A stretch of 54,378 nucleotides of DNA from a virus (IMGVR_UViG_3300040985_000347:1-54378); one strand, 5' to 3'; shown: positions 21,054 to 30,603, numbered from the stretch's first letter. Numbers and translations are program-made. Notes: generated by a model not told the origin, from the letters alone.

Positions 21054-22148
21054 TTATTTTAATTTTTCTTTCTCTTTAATAACACGTTCTTCTCTTTCTT
21101 CTTCTTGACTGCCCGCAATCTCATCCGTATATGTAACCACGTCTCTGTACTCTTCAGGAACAATAGTGTCCTCTCCATATGATTCTTCTTCTTTGATTAT
21201 ATCTATACTTACTAGCGGAGTTATGCTTGCTAACTCTGGATGGTTAAGCACGTCAGCTCTTGCTTTTTCCCTTTCTTGATTTTCAATTTGTAATAGGCTT
21301 TGGTCTATCAAATACCCTTCGACTACCGTCGTTACAGCTACAGTTCCTAATACAGTTTCAATATCTATATTTATATCAGTCCCAGCAGGAAATAAATAAG
21401 GGTCATCAAAAATTAAAGCTGGTTGATTTTGAGCTTCAAACGTATTTGGTATCCTACCTTTATATATAGTTTGTAACGCTCCATGTATTCCGGCTTTTAA
21501 ACTCCAGGTACATACGTATAGTGCACTTGTCTGTAGTTTAATACTATGTATATACAAACTGTGGGCGCTAGGAACTGTATAATGAGAACTTAACATCTTT
21601 CCTTCTTCTGCTATAATCTTAGCGTAAATATTTTGAGTGGCTATCGGAACTCCTGAAGAAACAAAATCGTTTATATCTATTATATTATACTGTCTAGCGT
21701 CATCTAAAGCTGTAATATAAATATCTCCTTGATTTTTTAACAATCTTCCCGATGTAATTACTTTTATATCATTTATCCTCTTATAGTGCTTAGCTAATTT
21801 TACAGGGATTTGTCCAGCCAATCTAACTGTTTCTGTTTGAATACGATACGAAGATGTGAGTCCTGTAATTCTAACTTCTATAGCTCCTTTGTCTCCATGC
21901 CTATCTTCAACTACTTCTTGTCCTTCATCATAATTTCCATACCCTGTATCAAGAATACTAGAGCTAGATATAAAGTATGTTCTAGTATATAAACTGTCAT
22001 TAGTTAAAGTCCTAGGCACACTAATAGGAAACTTATAGTATCCATTACCATTAAGACCTAACCCACTACAAACACTTTCAGGGTCTGTACTAGTTGTTAT
22101 CTCAGGGTTATACCCAATCCTACAAAATTTAGTTTTATATACTGCCAT
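21054..22148 (-). CDS. Hypothetical protein (364 aa), beta-rich with acidic tail
   Basis: Tightly packed ORF between endolysin and holin; no family recognised. Confidence 0.6.
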   Translation of the reverse strand: MAVYKTKFCRIGYNPEITTSTDPESVCSGLGLNGNGYYKFPISVPRTLTNDSLYTRTYFISSSSILDTGYGNYDEGQEVVEDRHGDKGAIEVRITGLTSSYRIQTETVRLAGQIPVKLAKHYKRINDIKVITSGRLLKNQGDIYITALDDARQYNIIDINDFVSSGVPIATQNIYAKIIAEEGKMLSSHYTVPSAHSLYIHSIKLQTSALYVCTWSLKAGIHGALQTIYKGRIPNTFEAQNQPALIFDDPYLFPAGTDINIDIETVLGTVAVTTVVEGYLIDQSLLQIENQEREKARADVLNHPELASITPLVSIDIIKEEESYGEDTIVPEEYRDVVTYTDEIAGSQEEEREERVIKEKEKLK

Positions 22149-22151
22149 ATA

Positions 22152-22619
22152 TTATACGCTTCTATTTTCATAAACAGTTTTACCGTTCTTTTTTAGTGCT
22201 ACTGTCAATTTCTTTCTATTAGGTCTGTGAGTTACATAACTAACATGTATCCAATTAGGATTTTTATCTGTGCCAAATTCCCACACCATTTGATCAAAAT
22301 CTAAATTTTCTTTTATATAATAATACACTTCAGCATTTGTTTTATACTTAAATGTATCATCTATATCCATAGCTTGACCTTTCATATGCTGTGAGTTTTT
22401 AGATCCTCCTATTGCAGTGTTAACTGGCTCTCCTCTAAACATACTGTTTATTTTTATAGGACCTCCAGCCCACTCTCTTAAAGGTTCAAATATATTCTCT
22501 GCAATATCTTTCATGCATTTAATTTGATCTTCATTAGGAGTATTATCCAAATTCAATCTATCACCTGTTCTACTATAAGTTGCTTCTTTCCAACTTACAT
22601 GTTTACTTATTCTTTCCAT
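22152..22619 (-). CDS. Peptidase M15 family endolysin
   Basis: SMFR...NTAIGGSKNSQHMKGQAMD...WIHVSY Zn-peptidase motifs. Start moved to ATG 22619 (MERISKH) to remove the overlap with the upstream gene. Confidence 0.85.
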   Translation of the reverse strand: MERISKHVSWKEATYSRTGDRLNLDNTPNEDQIKCMKDIAENIFEPLREWAGGPIKINSMFRGEPVNTAIGGSKNSQHMKGQAMDIDDTFKYKTNAEVYYYIKENLDFDQMVWEFGTDKNPNWIHVSYVTHRPNRKKLTVALKKNGKTVYENRSV

Positions 22620-22623
22620 ATTT

Positions 22624-22998
22624 CTATGCAAATACTCCGTACTCAATAATTGTCTCCGCTGACTGTACATAAGTCTTATACGTTGCTTCTTTATTAAGTG
22701 TAAGCCAAATAGACTCTGATCCTGCTAATTTTACAAAGTTAGTATCATCAGAGTCATCTGTAAATATATACACATAATTAGAAGCTGTCGTATCTGTATT
22801 TTTAAGGTACAACCATACTGGACCAGTTTGATCGTTAGCTGTGTATAAAGTACTAGCCGCACCTGCTGTTGTGCCTGTTACCGCATACCTAATAATACCT
22901 CCTTGTGTACAGGTTAAACTTTGATTGTTCTCTACACTTAACGAGTCTGTTGTTAAATCTGTCGACGTTATAGTTAATTTTACTTTTACTGTTGCCAT
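22624..22998 (-). CDS. Small beta-rich protein, paralogue of 23033-23416
   Basis: Shares LTxTSTD..TDSLS, YLKN, FxxL..xE and IEYxVF with its neighbour. Confidence 0.7.
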   Translation of the reverse strand: MATVKVKLTITSTDLTTDSLSVENNQSLTCTQGGIIRYAVTGTTAGAASTLYTANDQTGPVWLYLKNTDTTASNYVYIFTDDSDDTNFVKLAGSESIWLTLNKEATYKTYVQSAETIIEYGVFA

Positions 22999-23032
22999 TC
23001 TTATTTATTTTAATTGTTATTAATTATTTTTA

Positions 23033-23416
23033 CTACGCTTCAAATACTGCATACTCTATTACAGGAGTTCCCGATGCTGATTCTACCCAAAGATAATCAT
23101 TTCCTCCATAAGGAAAGAACATCCATTCTCCTGAACCTAACACTGCAAATGTTTCTCCTACAGACCCGCTATTATCTTCTGCTACTATTAGCTTTTCTGA
23201 TGTGTCAGTGCTTAAATTTTTAAGATAAATATATGCTTTCTTGTCTGTAGAGTCCAAAACACCTACTGGTATCTTAGAAGCTGTTGTACTTGTTGTGTAT
23301 CTTCCTATAGCTTGCTCATCTCCAGACGCTACTATGTTTGCTGTCTGGTTGATGCTTAAGGAGTCTGTATGCCAGTCTGTACTGGTTAACGTTAATCTTG
23401 CTGATAATTTTGCCAT
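23033..23416 (-). CDS. Small beta-rich protein, paralogue of 22624-22998
   Basis: Same motif series as its neighbour; TAG TAA double stop. Confidence 0.7.
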   Translation of the reverse strand: MAKLSARLTLTSTDWHTDSLSINQTANIVASGDEQAIGRYTTSTTASKIPVGVLDSTDKKAYIYLKNLSTDTSEKLIVAEDNSGSVGETFAVLGSGEWMFFPYGGNDYLWVESASGTPVIEYAVFEA

Positions 23417-23430
23417 AATTTCTATTTTTA

Positions 23431-26100
23431 TTATTTGTTATTAATTTTTACTTTTCTAGTCACACTTCCATCATCATATATATATAATATAATTTGATTC
23501 TTAATATTATCTACAGGCCTACCTAATAGATCTGTGGTCATTATTAAATTTTTCTTTTCTGCTCGTTTAGGTAACGAAGTGGTCCAATTACTTGAGCAAT
23601 GTTCATATGTTAATTGACAGATTTCATCCCATTCATTATCACAACAATACTCATCTACTTCAATGACCCATGCATAACAAAGGTCATTTAACCAATAAGG
23701 TATACCAGGACCTGTAATACAACCAGCATCATAATTACAGCTAAGACTGTCAGGCGTATTAGCAATTGGGTCATAGTTATAGGCTGTTTGGTCCATACAA
23801 CCTTGAACCACATCCACACACGAACCATTATCAGTATTAGCTGTTGAATCGTAATTAAGAGCAGTGCTATCCATACACCCATAAATATAAGCAATACAAG
23901 AGAAATCTTCTGTATTAGCTTGGGCATTGTAGTTAAGCATACTAGGGTCAGTGCAGCCATAGATAAAAGGTATACAAGAATTATTATCAACATTTGCTAA
24001 AGGGTTAAAATTAAACATTATACTGTCAGTACAACCATATATAGGTAGTACACAACTAAAATTATCTGTATTGCATGAATCACAATAATTCAATGCAAGT
24101 GGATCTGTACATCCTAAAATAACAGGAATACAACTACCGTTATCTACGTTTGCTAGTGGGTTGTAGTTAAATGCCGTAGAGTCCATACAACCATAAATTG
24201 GTAGTATACAACTGAAATCATCAGTATTAGCTGAAGCATCATAATTTAATGCAATTGGGTTTGTACAACCATATATAAATGCAATACAAGAACTGTTGTC
24301 TGTATTAGCTAAAGGATCATAATTAAAAGCAGTAGTATCCATACATCCATAAACATGCTCTATGCAAGATCCATTGTCAGTATTTGCTGAGGCATTATAA
24401 TTAAACATTGTTGCATCTGTACACCCATAAACGTAAGGTAAACACCCCCCATCATCTGTATTTGCGCTAGGTGAATAATTCCACATAGTACTATCAGTAC
24501 ATCCTAACACTATTCCTATACAACTTCCATCATCTGTATTAGCTAGTGGGCCGTAATTAATAGCTAATTGGCTCATACATCCATATACAATAGCAATACA
24601 AGTATCAGGCGTATTAGCTTGTGGGTTATAGTTAAACGCTAAAGGTTGCATACAACCAAAGACTACGGCTACACAACCACCGTTGTCAATATTTGCTAAT
24701 GGATCGTAGTTAAAAGCAGTAGTATCTACACAACCCCAAACAGCTTGTGTTTGACAAGAACCATCATTATAATCAGCAGTAAATCCTTGACTATAATATT
24801 CTAAGAAAGATGAATTAGCACATCCTGGAAAGTAATAACAACTATTATCACTTGTATTAGCTGAATCACTATAATTTACTGCCAATGCATCTAAACATCC
24901 AAATACCTTTTCTATACAAGTATTACCACAATTTGTAATTACATTATACGGTAATAAAGGTTGTATAAAAGGAGGTTGAATATCTATAAGGATATTTCCT
25001 TCTGGGTTAATCAAAGTAAACCCACACTCTATAGTTGTTAAAGAAGCCTGAGCACTAATGAAAAACTTAAACGTTATAAGATCTGGAGCTGTTAATCCTA
25101 TGTTAAATGTATCAGTAAATCCACCTGAATGTGTAAAGTTATATACAGTATCAGGAGTTGTTAATTGTAAATTAGAACCTACCCAACCATTACCCATTAA
25201 ATCGTGTAATAACAAAGTATAACCACAACTATCTATAAGATCCATAGTATTAGCAGTAGAGTCATAATTAAACATTGTAGAATCTAAACAACCAAATATC
25301 TTTAAAGTAACACAACTACTATCATCAAAATTAGCTAATGGATTGAATTCCACATAATCAATATCCATACACCCAAGTATCGGTGGGCATGAATCAGATA
25401 CAAAAACATGTAACGTATCATAACCAAAAGCAGGATTTGTACCATATACTAATGTGTCATTACATTGTTTTAAATAATAAGAACCGTCTTGACCTTGCCA
25501 TAAAGCGCCATTTAAACCGTCTCCGTAACTATCATATATTGTAAATATTAAGTCTCCTTTAGGTATACACACAGGTACTATAATAGTAGCATAATCAGGG
25601 TTACCTGCGTATGTAACTGATTGTGCATAAATTGTCCCATTTGTATCTTTTATGTCCCATGATGTCTCACTTTGATATTGATCTAAGTTAATTATAACTG
25701 TAGCCGGCACACATGGAGGAGGGTTAGCAGCACATTGAGGTACAAGTCTGTTATGTATTAAACCTGTTGTAAATGTAGGGTTTGGGTAATTTACTATAGT
25801 ATCTTCACATATAGAAACATAGTAACTACCCCCTGGTATACCATCCCCGTAAGAATCATATATAACCCAAGATATAGTAGTTATACTATCTGCTATAGAT
25901 ACTGTATCTGTATGAGATGTATTAGAAGAATTGTAATGCCCATATTGTACTTCTGCAATAAGAGGACCTTGAAAACTATCTGCATATAGCACCCATCTTG
26001 TTTCAGATGGATAGGTATCAGTTGTTAAATGTATAAGAACATCTTTTTGCCCAAACATTAGTAAGGGTAATAATAAGATTATAAATAGTATTTTTTTCAT
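23431..26100 (-). CDS. Secreted Cys-repeat surface protein with signal peptide and T9SS-like C-terminal sorting segment
   Basis: Likely start at 26100 (MKKILFIILLLPLLMFG/QKD). Two DxYxSETxW...YDSYGDG domains, about 17 GCxD..A.NY...AN.D.GSC repeats, and a C-terminus TDLLGR...YIYDDGSVTRK. Confidence 0.8.
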   Translation of the reverse strand: MKKILFIILLLPLLMFGQKDVLIHLTTDTYPSETRWVLYADSFQGPLIAEVQYGHYNSSNTSHTDTVSIADSITTISWVIYDSYGDGIPGGSYYVSICEDTIVNYPNPTFTTGLIHNRLVPQCAANPPPCVPATVIINLDQYQSETSWDIKDTNGTIYAQSVTYAGNPDYATIIVPVCIPKGDLIFTIYDSYGDGLNGALWQGQDGSYYLKQCNDTLVYGTNPAFGYDTLHVFVSDSCPPILGCMDIDYVEFNPLANFDDSSCVTLKIFGCLDSTMFNYDSTANTMDLIDSCGYTLLLHDLMGNGWVGSNLQLTTPDTVYNFTHSGGFTDTFNIGLTAPDLITFKFFISAQASLTTIECGFTLINPEGNILIDIQPPFIQPLLPYNVITNCGNTCIEKVFGCLDALAVNYSDSANTSDNSCYYFPGCANSSFLEYYSQGFTADYNDGSCQTQAVWGCVDTTAFNYDPLANIDNGGCVAVVFGCMQPLAFNYNPQANTPDTCIAIVYGCMSQLAINYGPLANTDDGSCIGIVLGCTDSTMWNYSPSANTDDGGCLPYVYGCTDATMFNYNASANTDNGSCIEHVYGCMDTTAFNYDPLANTDNSSCIAFIYGCTNPIALNYDASANTDDFSCILPIYGCMDSTAFNYNPLANVDNGSCIPVILGCTDPLALNYCDSCNTDNFSCVLPIYGCTDSIMFNFNPLANVDNNSCIPFIYGCTDPSMLNYNAQANTEDFSCIAYIYGCMDSTALNYDSTANTDNGSCVDVVQGCMDQTAYNYDPIANTPDSLSCNYDAGCITGPGIPYWLNDLCYAWVIEVDEYCCDNEWDEICQLTYEHCSSNWTTSLPKRAEKKNLIMTTDLLGRPVDNIKNQIILYIYDDGSVTRKVKINNK
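23740..25385 (-). repeat. Degenerate ~78-nt coding repeats (GCxDxxAxNYxxxANxDxGSC, ~26 aa)
   Basis: About 17 copies counted in the translation, mostly in tandem with one intervening domain. Confidence 0.85.
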
Positions 26101-26101
26101 T

Positions 26102-26461
26102 TTAAAAATCACTCATTAATTGATTATCTATTTCTTCTTGCACTTCTTCTTTTGTTGCCACCATCTTAAAACTAAGATCAGCTTGAAATCTAGCAACCTC
26201 CTCCCCGTCTTTAAATATTATAATAGTCGGTATAACCGCTATTTTGTATTTTGTTTGTGCTTCTGCATCCTTAGCTATATCTACATAAGAATATGTGTTG
26301 CAATCCTTTAAGTCCATAACCCAAGAAACTTCGTTAGCACTATTCCAACCAGCGTTGAATTGAGTTACTTTCATTTGAGCAAAAGCACCACTAGCAACTA
26401 GCATGAAAAGAAGTACTAACATATACATACCAAATATTCTCCAAGTGACAGTCTCTTCCAT
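26102..26461 (-). CDS. Exported thioredoxin-fold protein lacking CxxC
   Basis: Signal peptide ending AFA/Q. FNAGWNSAN sits where FxAxWCxxC would be; VDI...KYKIAVIPTIIIFKDGEEVARF is a thioredoxin-type cis-Pro region. Confidence 0.7.
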   Translation of the reverse strand: MEETVTWRIFGMYMLVLLFMLVASGAFAQMKVTQFNAGWNSANEVSWVMDLKDCNTYSYVDIAKDAEAQTKYKIAVIPTIIIFKDGEEVARFQADLSFKMVATKEEVQEEIDNQLMSDF

Positions 26462-26742
26462 TATCTATCGTATAATTTATCCTCTATCTTTTCTAGAGAC
26501 TTTTTAATTTCATCAACATCATCTTTAGTTTCCATGATAGTATTACGAATCATTTGATCTTTCATGTTAAACTCCATACGAGTAACTTCATCTGGCGGTA
26601 TAACCGGCAGTTCTCTTGCTTCTGCAATATCCTCTTGTAGCATGAACCACATACTAATTAAAGTTGCCATAGCAAATCCTATAGCAATTAATGTTTTAAT
26701 GCTTAGTACAAAGCCTGTATCTTCGTTTAACTCTTTTGCCAT
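26461..26742 (-). CDS. Small membrane-anchored coiled-coil protein (93 aa)
   Basis: One N-terminal TM helix followed by heptad repeats; translationally coupled to the thioredoxin-like gene. Confidence 0.7.
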   Translation of the reverse strand: MAKELNEDTGFVLSIKTLIAIGFAMATLISMWFMLQEDIAEARELPVIPPDEVTRMEFNMKDQMIRNTIMETKDDVDEIKKSLEKIEDKLYDR

Positions 26743-26743
26743 A

Positions 26744-26953
26744 TTAATTCCAAAATGTTAGTTTACTTAATATACCTATTAATATTATCCATATAGACCA
26801 TAAAGTTTTTTGAGCTCCTTTTCTAAAAGCTGTATTTCTATTAACTTTAGATATTGTTCCTTTATCAGGATCTAATAATCTAATCTTAATGTCTCTAAGA
26901 TCTTGCTTCATATCAAGCATTTCTTGATGTAATTGTTGATTAGTTATAGGCAT
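26744..26953 (-). CDS. Small protein with C-terminal TM helix (69 aa), possibly holin-like
   Basis: Coiled-coil N-terminus and TLWSIWIILIGILSKLTFW C-terminus. Confidence 0.6.
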   Translation of the reverse strand: MPITNQQLHQEMLDMKQDLRDIKIRLLDPDKGTISKVNRNTAFRKGAQKTLWSIWIILIGILSKLTFWN

Positions 26954-27123
26954 TAAGCTTCGAATCCAAAGTTAAATACTATAATTCTAACCCTTTTAGC
27001 TGTACATTCTTCTGTGCAGAATAAACATGCTTTAATTTCTAATAAAGTTAATCTACCTAATCTTATACAGATTTCGTATTTTTCTTTTTTATTTCCTTTT
27101 GCCCAACTATTAATCCAATTCAT
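26953..27123 (-). CDS. Small hypothetical protein (56 aa), not in ORF track
   Basis: MNWINSWAKGNKKEKYEICIRLGRLTLLEIKACLFCTEECTAKRVRIIVFNFGFEA; fills the gap exactly with a TAATG overlap. Confidence 0.65.
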   Translation of the reverse strand: MNWINSWAKGNKKEKYEICIRLGRLTLLEIKACLFCTEECTAKRVRIIVFNFGFEA

Positions 27124-27134
27124 TTTATTTACTT

Positions 27135-28229
27135 TTAAAATATTATATAATTAACTCCAAATTTAAAATCATACCACTCTCTATTCCAATATTTATTATA
27201 TTTACCTTCTACAAAGTACCCTAAATTTTTGTTTACTTTTAGACCGTAAATAAGTCCTGTAGAGTAGTCGTACCACTGTTCTCCTTTATTATAATTAAAA
27301 TAAGAAAATTCTCCACCAGCATCATAATGATATGGTAGTAGGTTGCCCCATGCATGTAACCATGTATTCTTATTATATTTATAATAATCAAATCCTATAA
27401 TAATAGAATGTTGTATGATATTTTTTAATTCATTTCTTTTTCTTTCAGTATAATCAGCTAATACTTGCGGTATAACAACTTCTTTCCATACGTCTGCGCT
27501 ATTAGCTACTATATTTCCACTAGGGTCTTTATATTCATTTGCATATACATCTACGCTATAACCTTCTTGTATAGCTAAATACGTATAATGTAAATTACCG
27601 TTTGATAAAATCCATTCTTCTAATGGGTTATAACCATAAGGTTCTGCTAATCTGTGTGCCGCACCTACACTAAATGATAAAGTTTTGGTTTGTTTATATC
27701 TATATCTTTCTGATAATTCAAAATACTTTATATCAGCAAAGCCATCTTTTAAATATTCTACTTTAGCAGCAAAATGATTTATACATAAAGGCCCGTCACA
27801 ATCATCATCAGAACTGTATCTAATAAAGTGATGTTGATCTACATAATCAACTCCTTGCTGTCTTGCATAATCTACTTCAAAAAGATATTCAAATCCTTGT
27901 ACTTTACCTACAGTAGCTGCATCACTATAGTTAGATTCTGTCCCATCATAAAATGTGTTAGCTTTATTCTCATATCCAAATCTAGCTATTTTTCTAATAC
28001 CTAATGTAACAGAATAATCATACGGGGTTGTTGATAGTCCTTCTTCTAATTGCCCAGATGTTACAGAAAATGTTTTTACGTCTGACAAAGACGTTCCCCC
28101 ATTAACTGCTCCATATACTGTAGAAAATTTTAATTGCTCTTTTAAAATCTTCTCGAAGTTAATCCCTTCTTGAGCATTGACTGCAAAGTTAATTAAAAAG
28201 CTTAATAAAATATTTAGGACTTTATTCAT
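27135..28229 (-). CDS. Putative outer-membrane beta-barrel protein
   Basis: Signal peptide ending VNA/Q, Tyr/Phe-rich alternating strands, and a C-terminal beta-signal-like YDFKFGVNYIIF with terminal Phe. Confidence 0.7.
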   Translation of the reverse strand: MNKVLNILLSFLINFAVNAQEGINFEKILKEQLKFSTVYGAVNGGTSLSDVKTFSVTSGQLEEGLSTTPYDYSVTLGIRKIARFGYENKANTFYDGTESNYSDAATVGKVQGFEYLFEVDYARQQGVDYVDQHHFIRYSSDDDCDGPLCINHFAAKVEYLKDGFADIKYFELSERYRYKQTKTLSFSVGAAHRLAEPYGYNPLEEWILSNGNLHYTYLAIQEGYSVDVYANEYKDPSGNIVANSADVWKEVVIPQVLADYTERKRNELKNIIQHSIIIGFDYYKYNKNTWLHAWGNLLPYHYDAGGEFSYFNYNKGEQWYDYSTGLIYGLKVNKNLGYFVEGKYNKYWNREWYDFKFGVNYIIF

Positions 28230-28242
28230 TTAAGTTTATTAT

Positions 28243-29013
28243 TTATACTGCACTTTCCATACCATGCTTACACAGTAAATGGTGTTCTATTCTTTTTCTA
28301 TCCTCGTTACTAACTGTTCCTTCTATTATACCTACGTCATATATTTGGCCATCAAAAAAGTTAGCTACATCATTTTTAGAACCTAGATTTTGTAAATCAA
28401 ATTGTCCAGCATTTGTAATACTAGAATCAGCTCCTTTCCCGTTTTTATAACCTATAATAGTACCAGTACTAGTATTAGTTCTATGTACCATAATTACATG
28501 TTTCTCGCCAGTAGGCGTTTGAAAACCTCCATCATCATTAATAAGAATTTCAGTTGCAGTTCCCCCAGTTTTAAATCTATGCTTATTTTGAGTTTGATAC
28601 TCTAATACTTCTCCTCCAGAATCAGATAAGTAACAAGATAAAACAACATCTCTTAACTCTGCTACAATAAAACTTAAAAAATCAGTATTGGCATCAATTC
28701 TAAAACTAGTAAAATTCATAAAGTCAGCATTAGCGCCATCGGCATCATTATAAAAATCTAAACTACCATCTGCTGCTAATTGTGGTTCATTTTCATCCGT
28801 AGTTTGTGTTGCGTTATTACTATTAGAACTTTGATCCACCCAAGTTGTTACACAAGTTTTAGTACTAGTTGAATTATCTTCAGCTGTTATAGTAATAGAT
28901 TCTGAGGTTAGCCCTTCTTTCCATTGATAATATATCTGCAAAGTTGAACCAAAATTCAATGTACTACCATGTGGTATACCTCCGTGTGTTCTATGTCTGG
29001 ATCTTCCTGTCAT
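28243..29013 (-). CDS. Concanavalin A/laminin G-like lectin-fold protein
   Basis: WVDQSSNSNNATQ, FFDGQIYDV and IEHHLLCKHG pattern typical of phage LamG-like domains. Confidence 0.6.
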   Translation of the reverse strand: MTGRSRHRTHGGIPHGSTLNFGSTLQIYYQWKEGLTSESITITAEDNSTSTKTCVTTWVDQSSNSNNATQTTDENEPQLAADGSLDFYNDADGANADFMNFTSFRIDANTDFLSFIVAELRDVVLSCYLSDSGGEVLEYQTQNKHRFKTGGTATEILINDDGGFQTPTGEKHVIMVHRTNTSTGTIIGYKNGKGADSSITNAGQFDLQNLGSKNDVANFFDGQIYDVGIIEGTVSNEDRKRIEHHLLCKHGMESAV

Positions 29014-29025
29014 ATTAATTGTTTA

Positions 29026-30603
29026 TTACCAACTAGTGTCAGCTGTTAAACTTTCTCTATATTGTATGCTTACTCCTAATAAATGTGCGTCTTCATTCAA
29101 ATCATCAGCGCTTACATCTCTCATTATTCTGAAATAAACTAATTCATCGGCTCCTTCTACTGGACCTCCTGCTATTGTACAAGCTCCAGAAGCAGCTGTT
29201 ATATGTACTTTTTTAGGTGAATTTGTTGCTACAACATTATCCGCGGGCGCATCAGCAGCTACACCCCAAGGTCCTAATTCTCCTCCATCCGCATGGGATT
29301 GTCCAGATATTGACCAAACGACATCATGAGAGGTTGTAGTTGAGCTAGATGGTTTCCAATAAAACTTAGCTTTAACTGTGCCCCCATCCCATTGTTCTGG
29401 CATTACTAATTTAAATTGTACGTACTCATCAGTTGAGGCATCAAAAGCAAAATAATCATTCATTATATCATAAGCATCAGCACTTTCAGATGTACCAGCA
29501 GCAGCTCCATTGGTTACTTGTGGAACCATTGAACCCGCATCAACATATATTGTTCTATAATTTATTCCTGTAACTCCACCACTTGTTACTTGACCATAAG
29601 TAGTACCATCATCATCAAATTTGATTGTCCCTTTATCTGCATCTAAAGTAATATCTCCATCCGCATCTACTATAAAATGGGCATTAGTACTAGCATTATC
29701 TACTGTTGTGAATGTTGTTGCTCCAGCTGCTCCTACAGCAAGTGTATAATAATCATTAGCATCAGCAGAGCTCTTCCCTTTTATATCAAATCCTCCATCA
29801 GTTACAGCATATAGAGAACCAATTGATGTAGCTGGATCTCCACCCGTACATGTAATATCTATACCAGTTTGAATAATAGTACCACTAGCAGATGCTGATG
29901 ACAGATAAATCGAAGTACCTGTATGCGTCGTGGTTCCAAGGTTTGTCGCAGCATCTATCATGCTTATCTCGCATCCTGTAATACGATTTGCTTGACCACT
30001 TGCTGTTATTCCACTTTTATCATAATCTAGTATCCATAGACTGTGAGTTTTACCAGTCGTCCCAGCATCATCTATGTCACAGAATATAGCGCTTCCTGTC
30101 GTCAGTGAATTACAATCCATTTGAATAACATTCCCAGTAGTAACAGCCTCTGCTTGTATATCCAAAACATTATTTGTAAGTCCACCGTGATCTATTAATA
30201 AGGATGCTACAGCCCCTGTCTCATGATTCACGATCTTGAAAGCAGCACCTTGGGCAGCATCACCTCCCATATCATTTAAATGGTTAACTAAAACACCACC
30301 CCCACCAGATAATGTAGTAACTCCAGCCGCACTCACAGCAGATGACGCAGTTAAATTAAGGGCTCCGTCAGCAGAAATATTGAAATTTGAATCTGTTGTA
30401 CCGCTACCTACTGTCATAAGTGATGTTGTACCTGTAGAACCAACTGTACATGTTGTATAATTATTTGCATCATAAGATAATCTAAGCTGTTCTGTAGTTC
30501 CAAGAATATTTGCTTCTGTAAACCACGCTTTATCCCACCTTTTTGATGTTGTTCCTATCTCACCTTCTGCATTAGCTCTAGGTACTATATTTTTTGTTGC
30601 CAT
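29026..30603 (-). CDS. Putative tail fibre/spike protein (525 aa)
   Basis: Gly/Thr/Ala/Ser-rich beta-type sequence; IGTTSKRW N-terminal motif and MPEQWDGGTV C-terminal domain. Confidence 0.55.
   Translation of the reverse strand: MATKNIVPRANAEGEIGTTSKRWDKAWFTEANILGTTEQLRLSYDANNYTTCTVGSTGTTSLMTVGSGTTDSNFNISADGALNLTASSAVSAAGVTTLSGGGGVLVNHLNDMGGDAAQGAAFKIVNHETGAVASLLIDHGGLTNNVLDIQAEAVTTGNVIQMDCNSLTTGSAIFCDIDDAGTTGKTHSLWILDYDKSGITASGQANRITGCEISMIDAATNLGTTTHTGTSIYLSSASASGTIIQTGIDITCTGGDPATSIGSLYAVTDGGFDIKGKSSADANDYYTLAVGAAGATTFTTVDNASTNAHFIVDADGDITLDADKGTIKFDDDGTTYGQVTSGGVTGINYRTIYVDAGSMVPQVTNGAAAGTSESADAYDIMNDYFAFDASTDEYVQFKLVMPEQWDGGTVKAKFYWKPSSSTTTSHDVVWSISGQSHADGGELGPWGVAADAPADNVVATNSPKKVHITAASGACTIAGGPVEGADELVYFRIMRDVSADDLNEDAHLLGVSIQYRESLTADTSW

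Noticed and set aside
23740-25385. CRISPR array or DGR-like repeats
   Set aside because: The repeats are degenerate, in-frame protein repeats with no identical direct repeats or spacers, and no cas or reverse transcriptase gene is seen.
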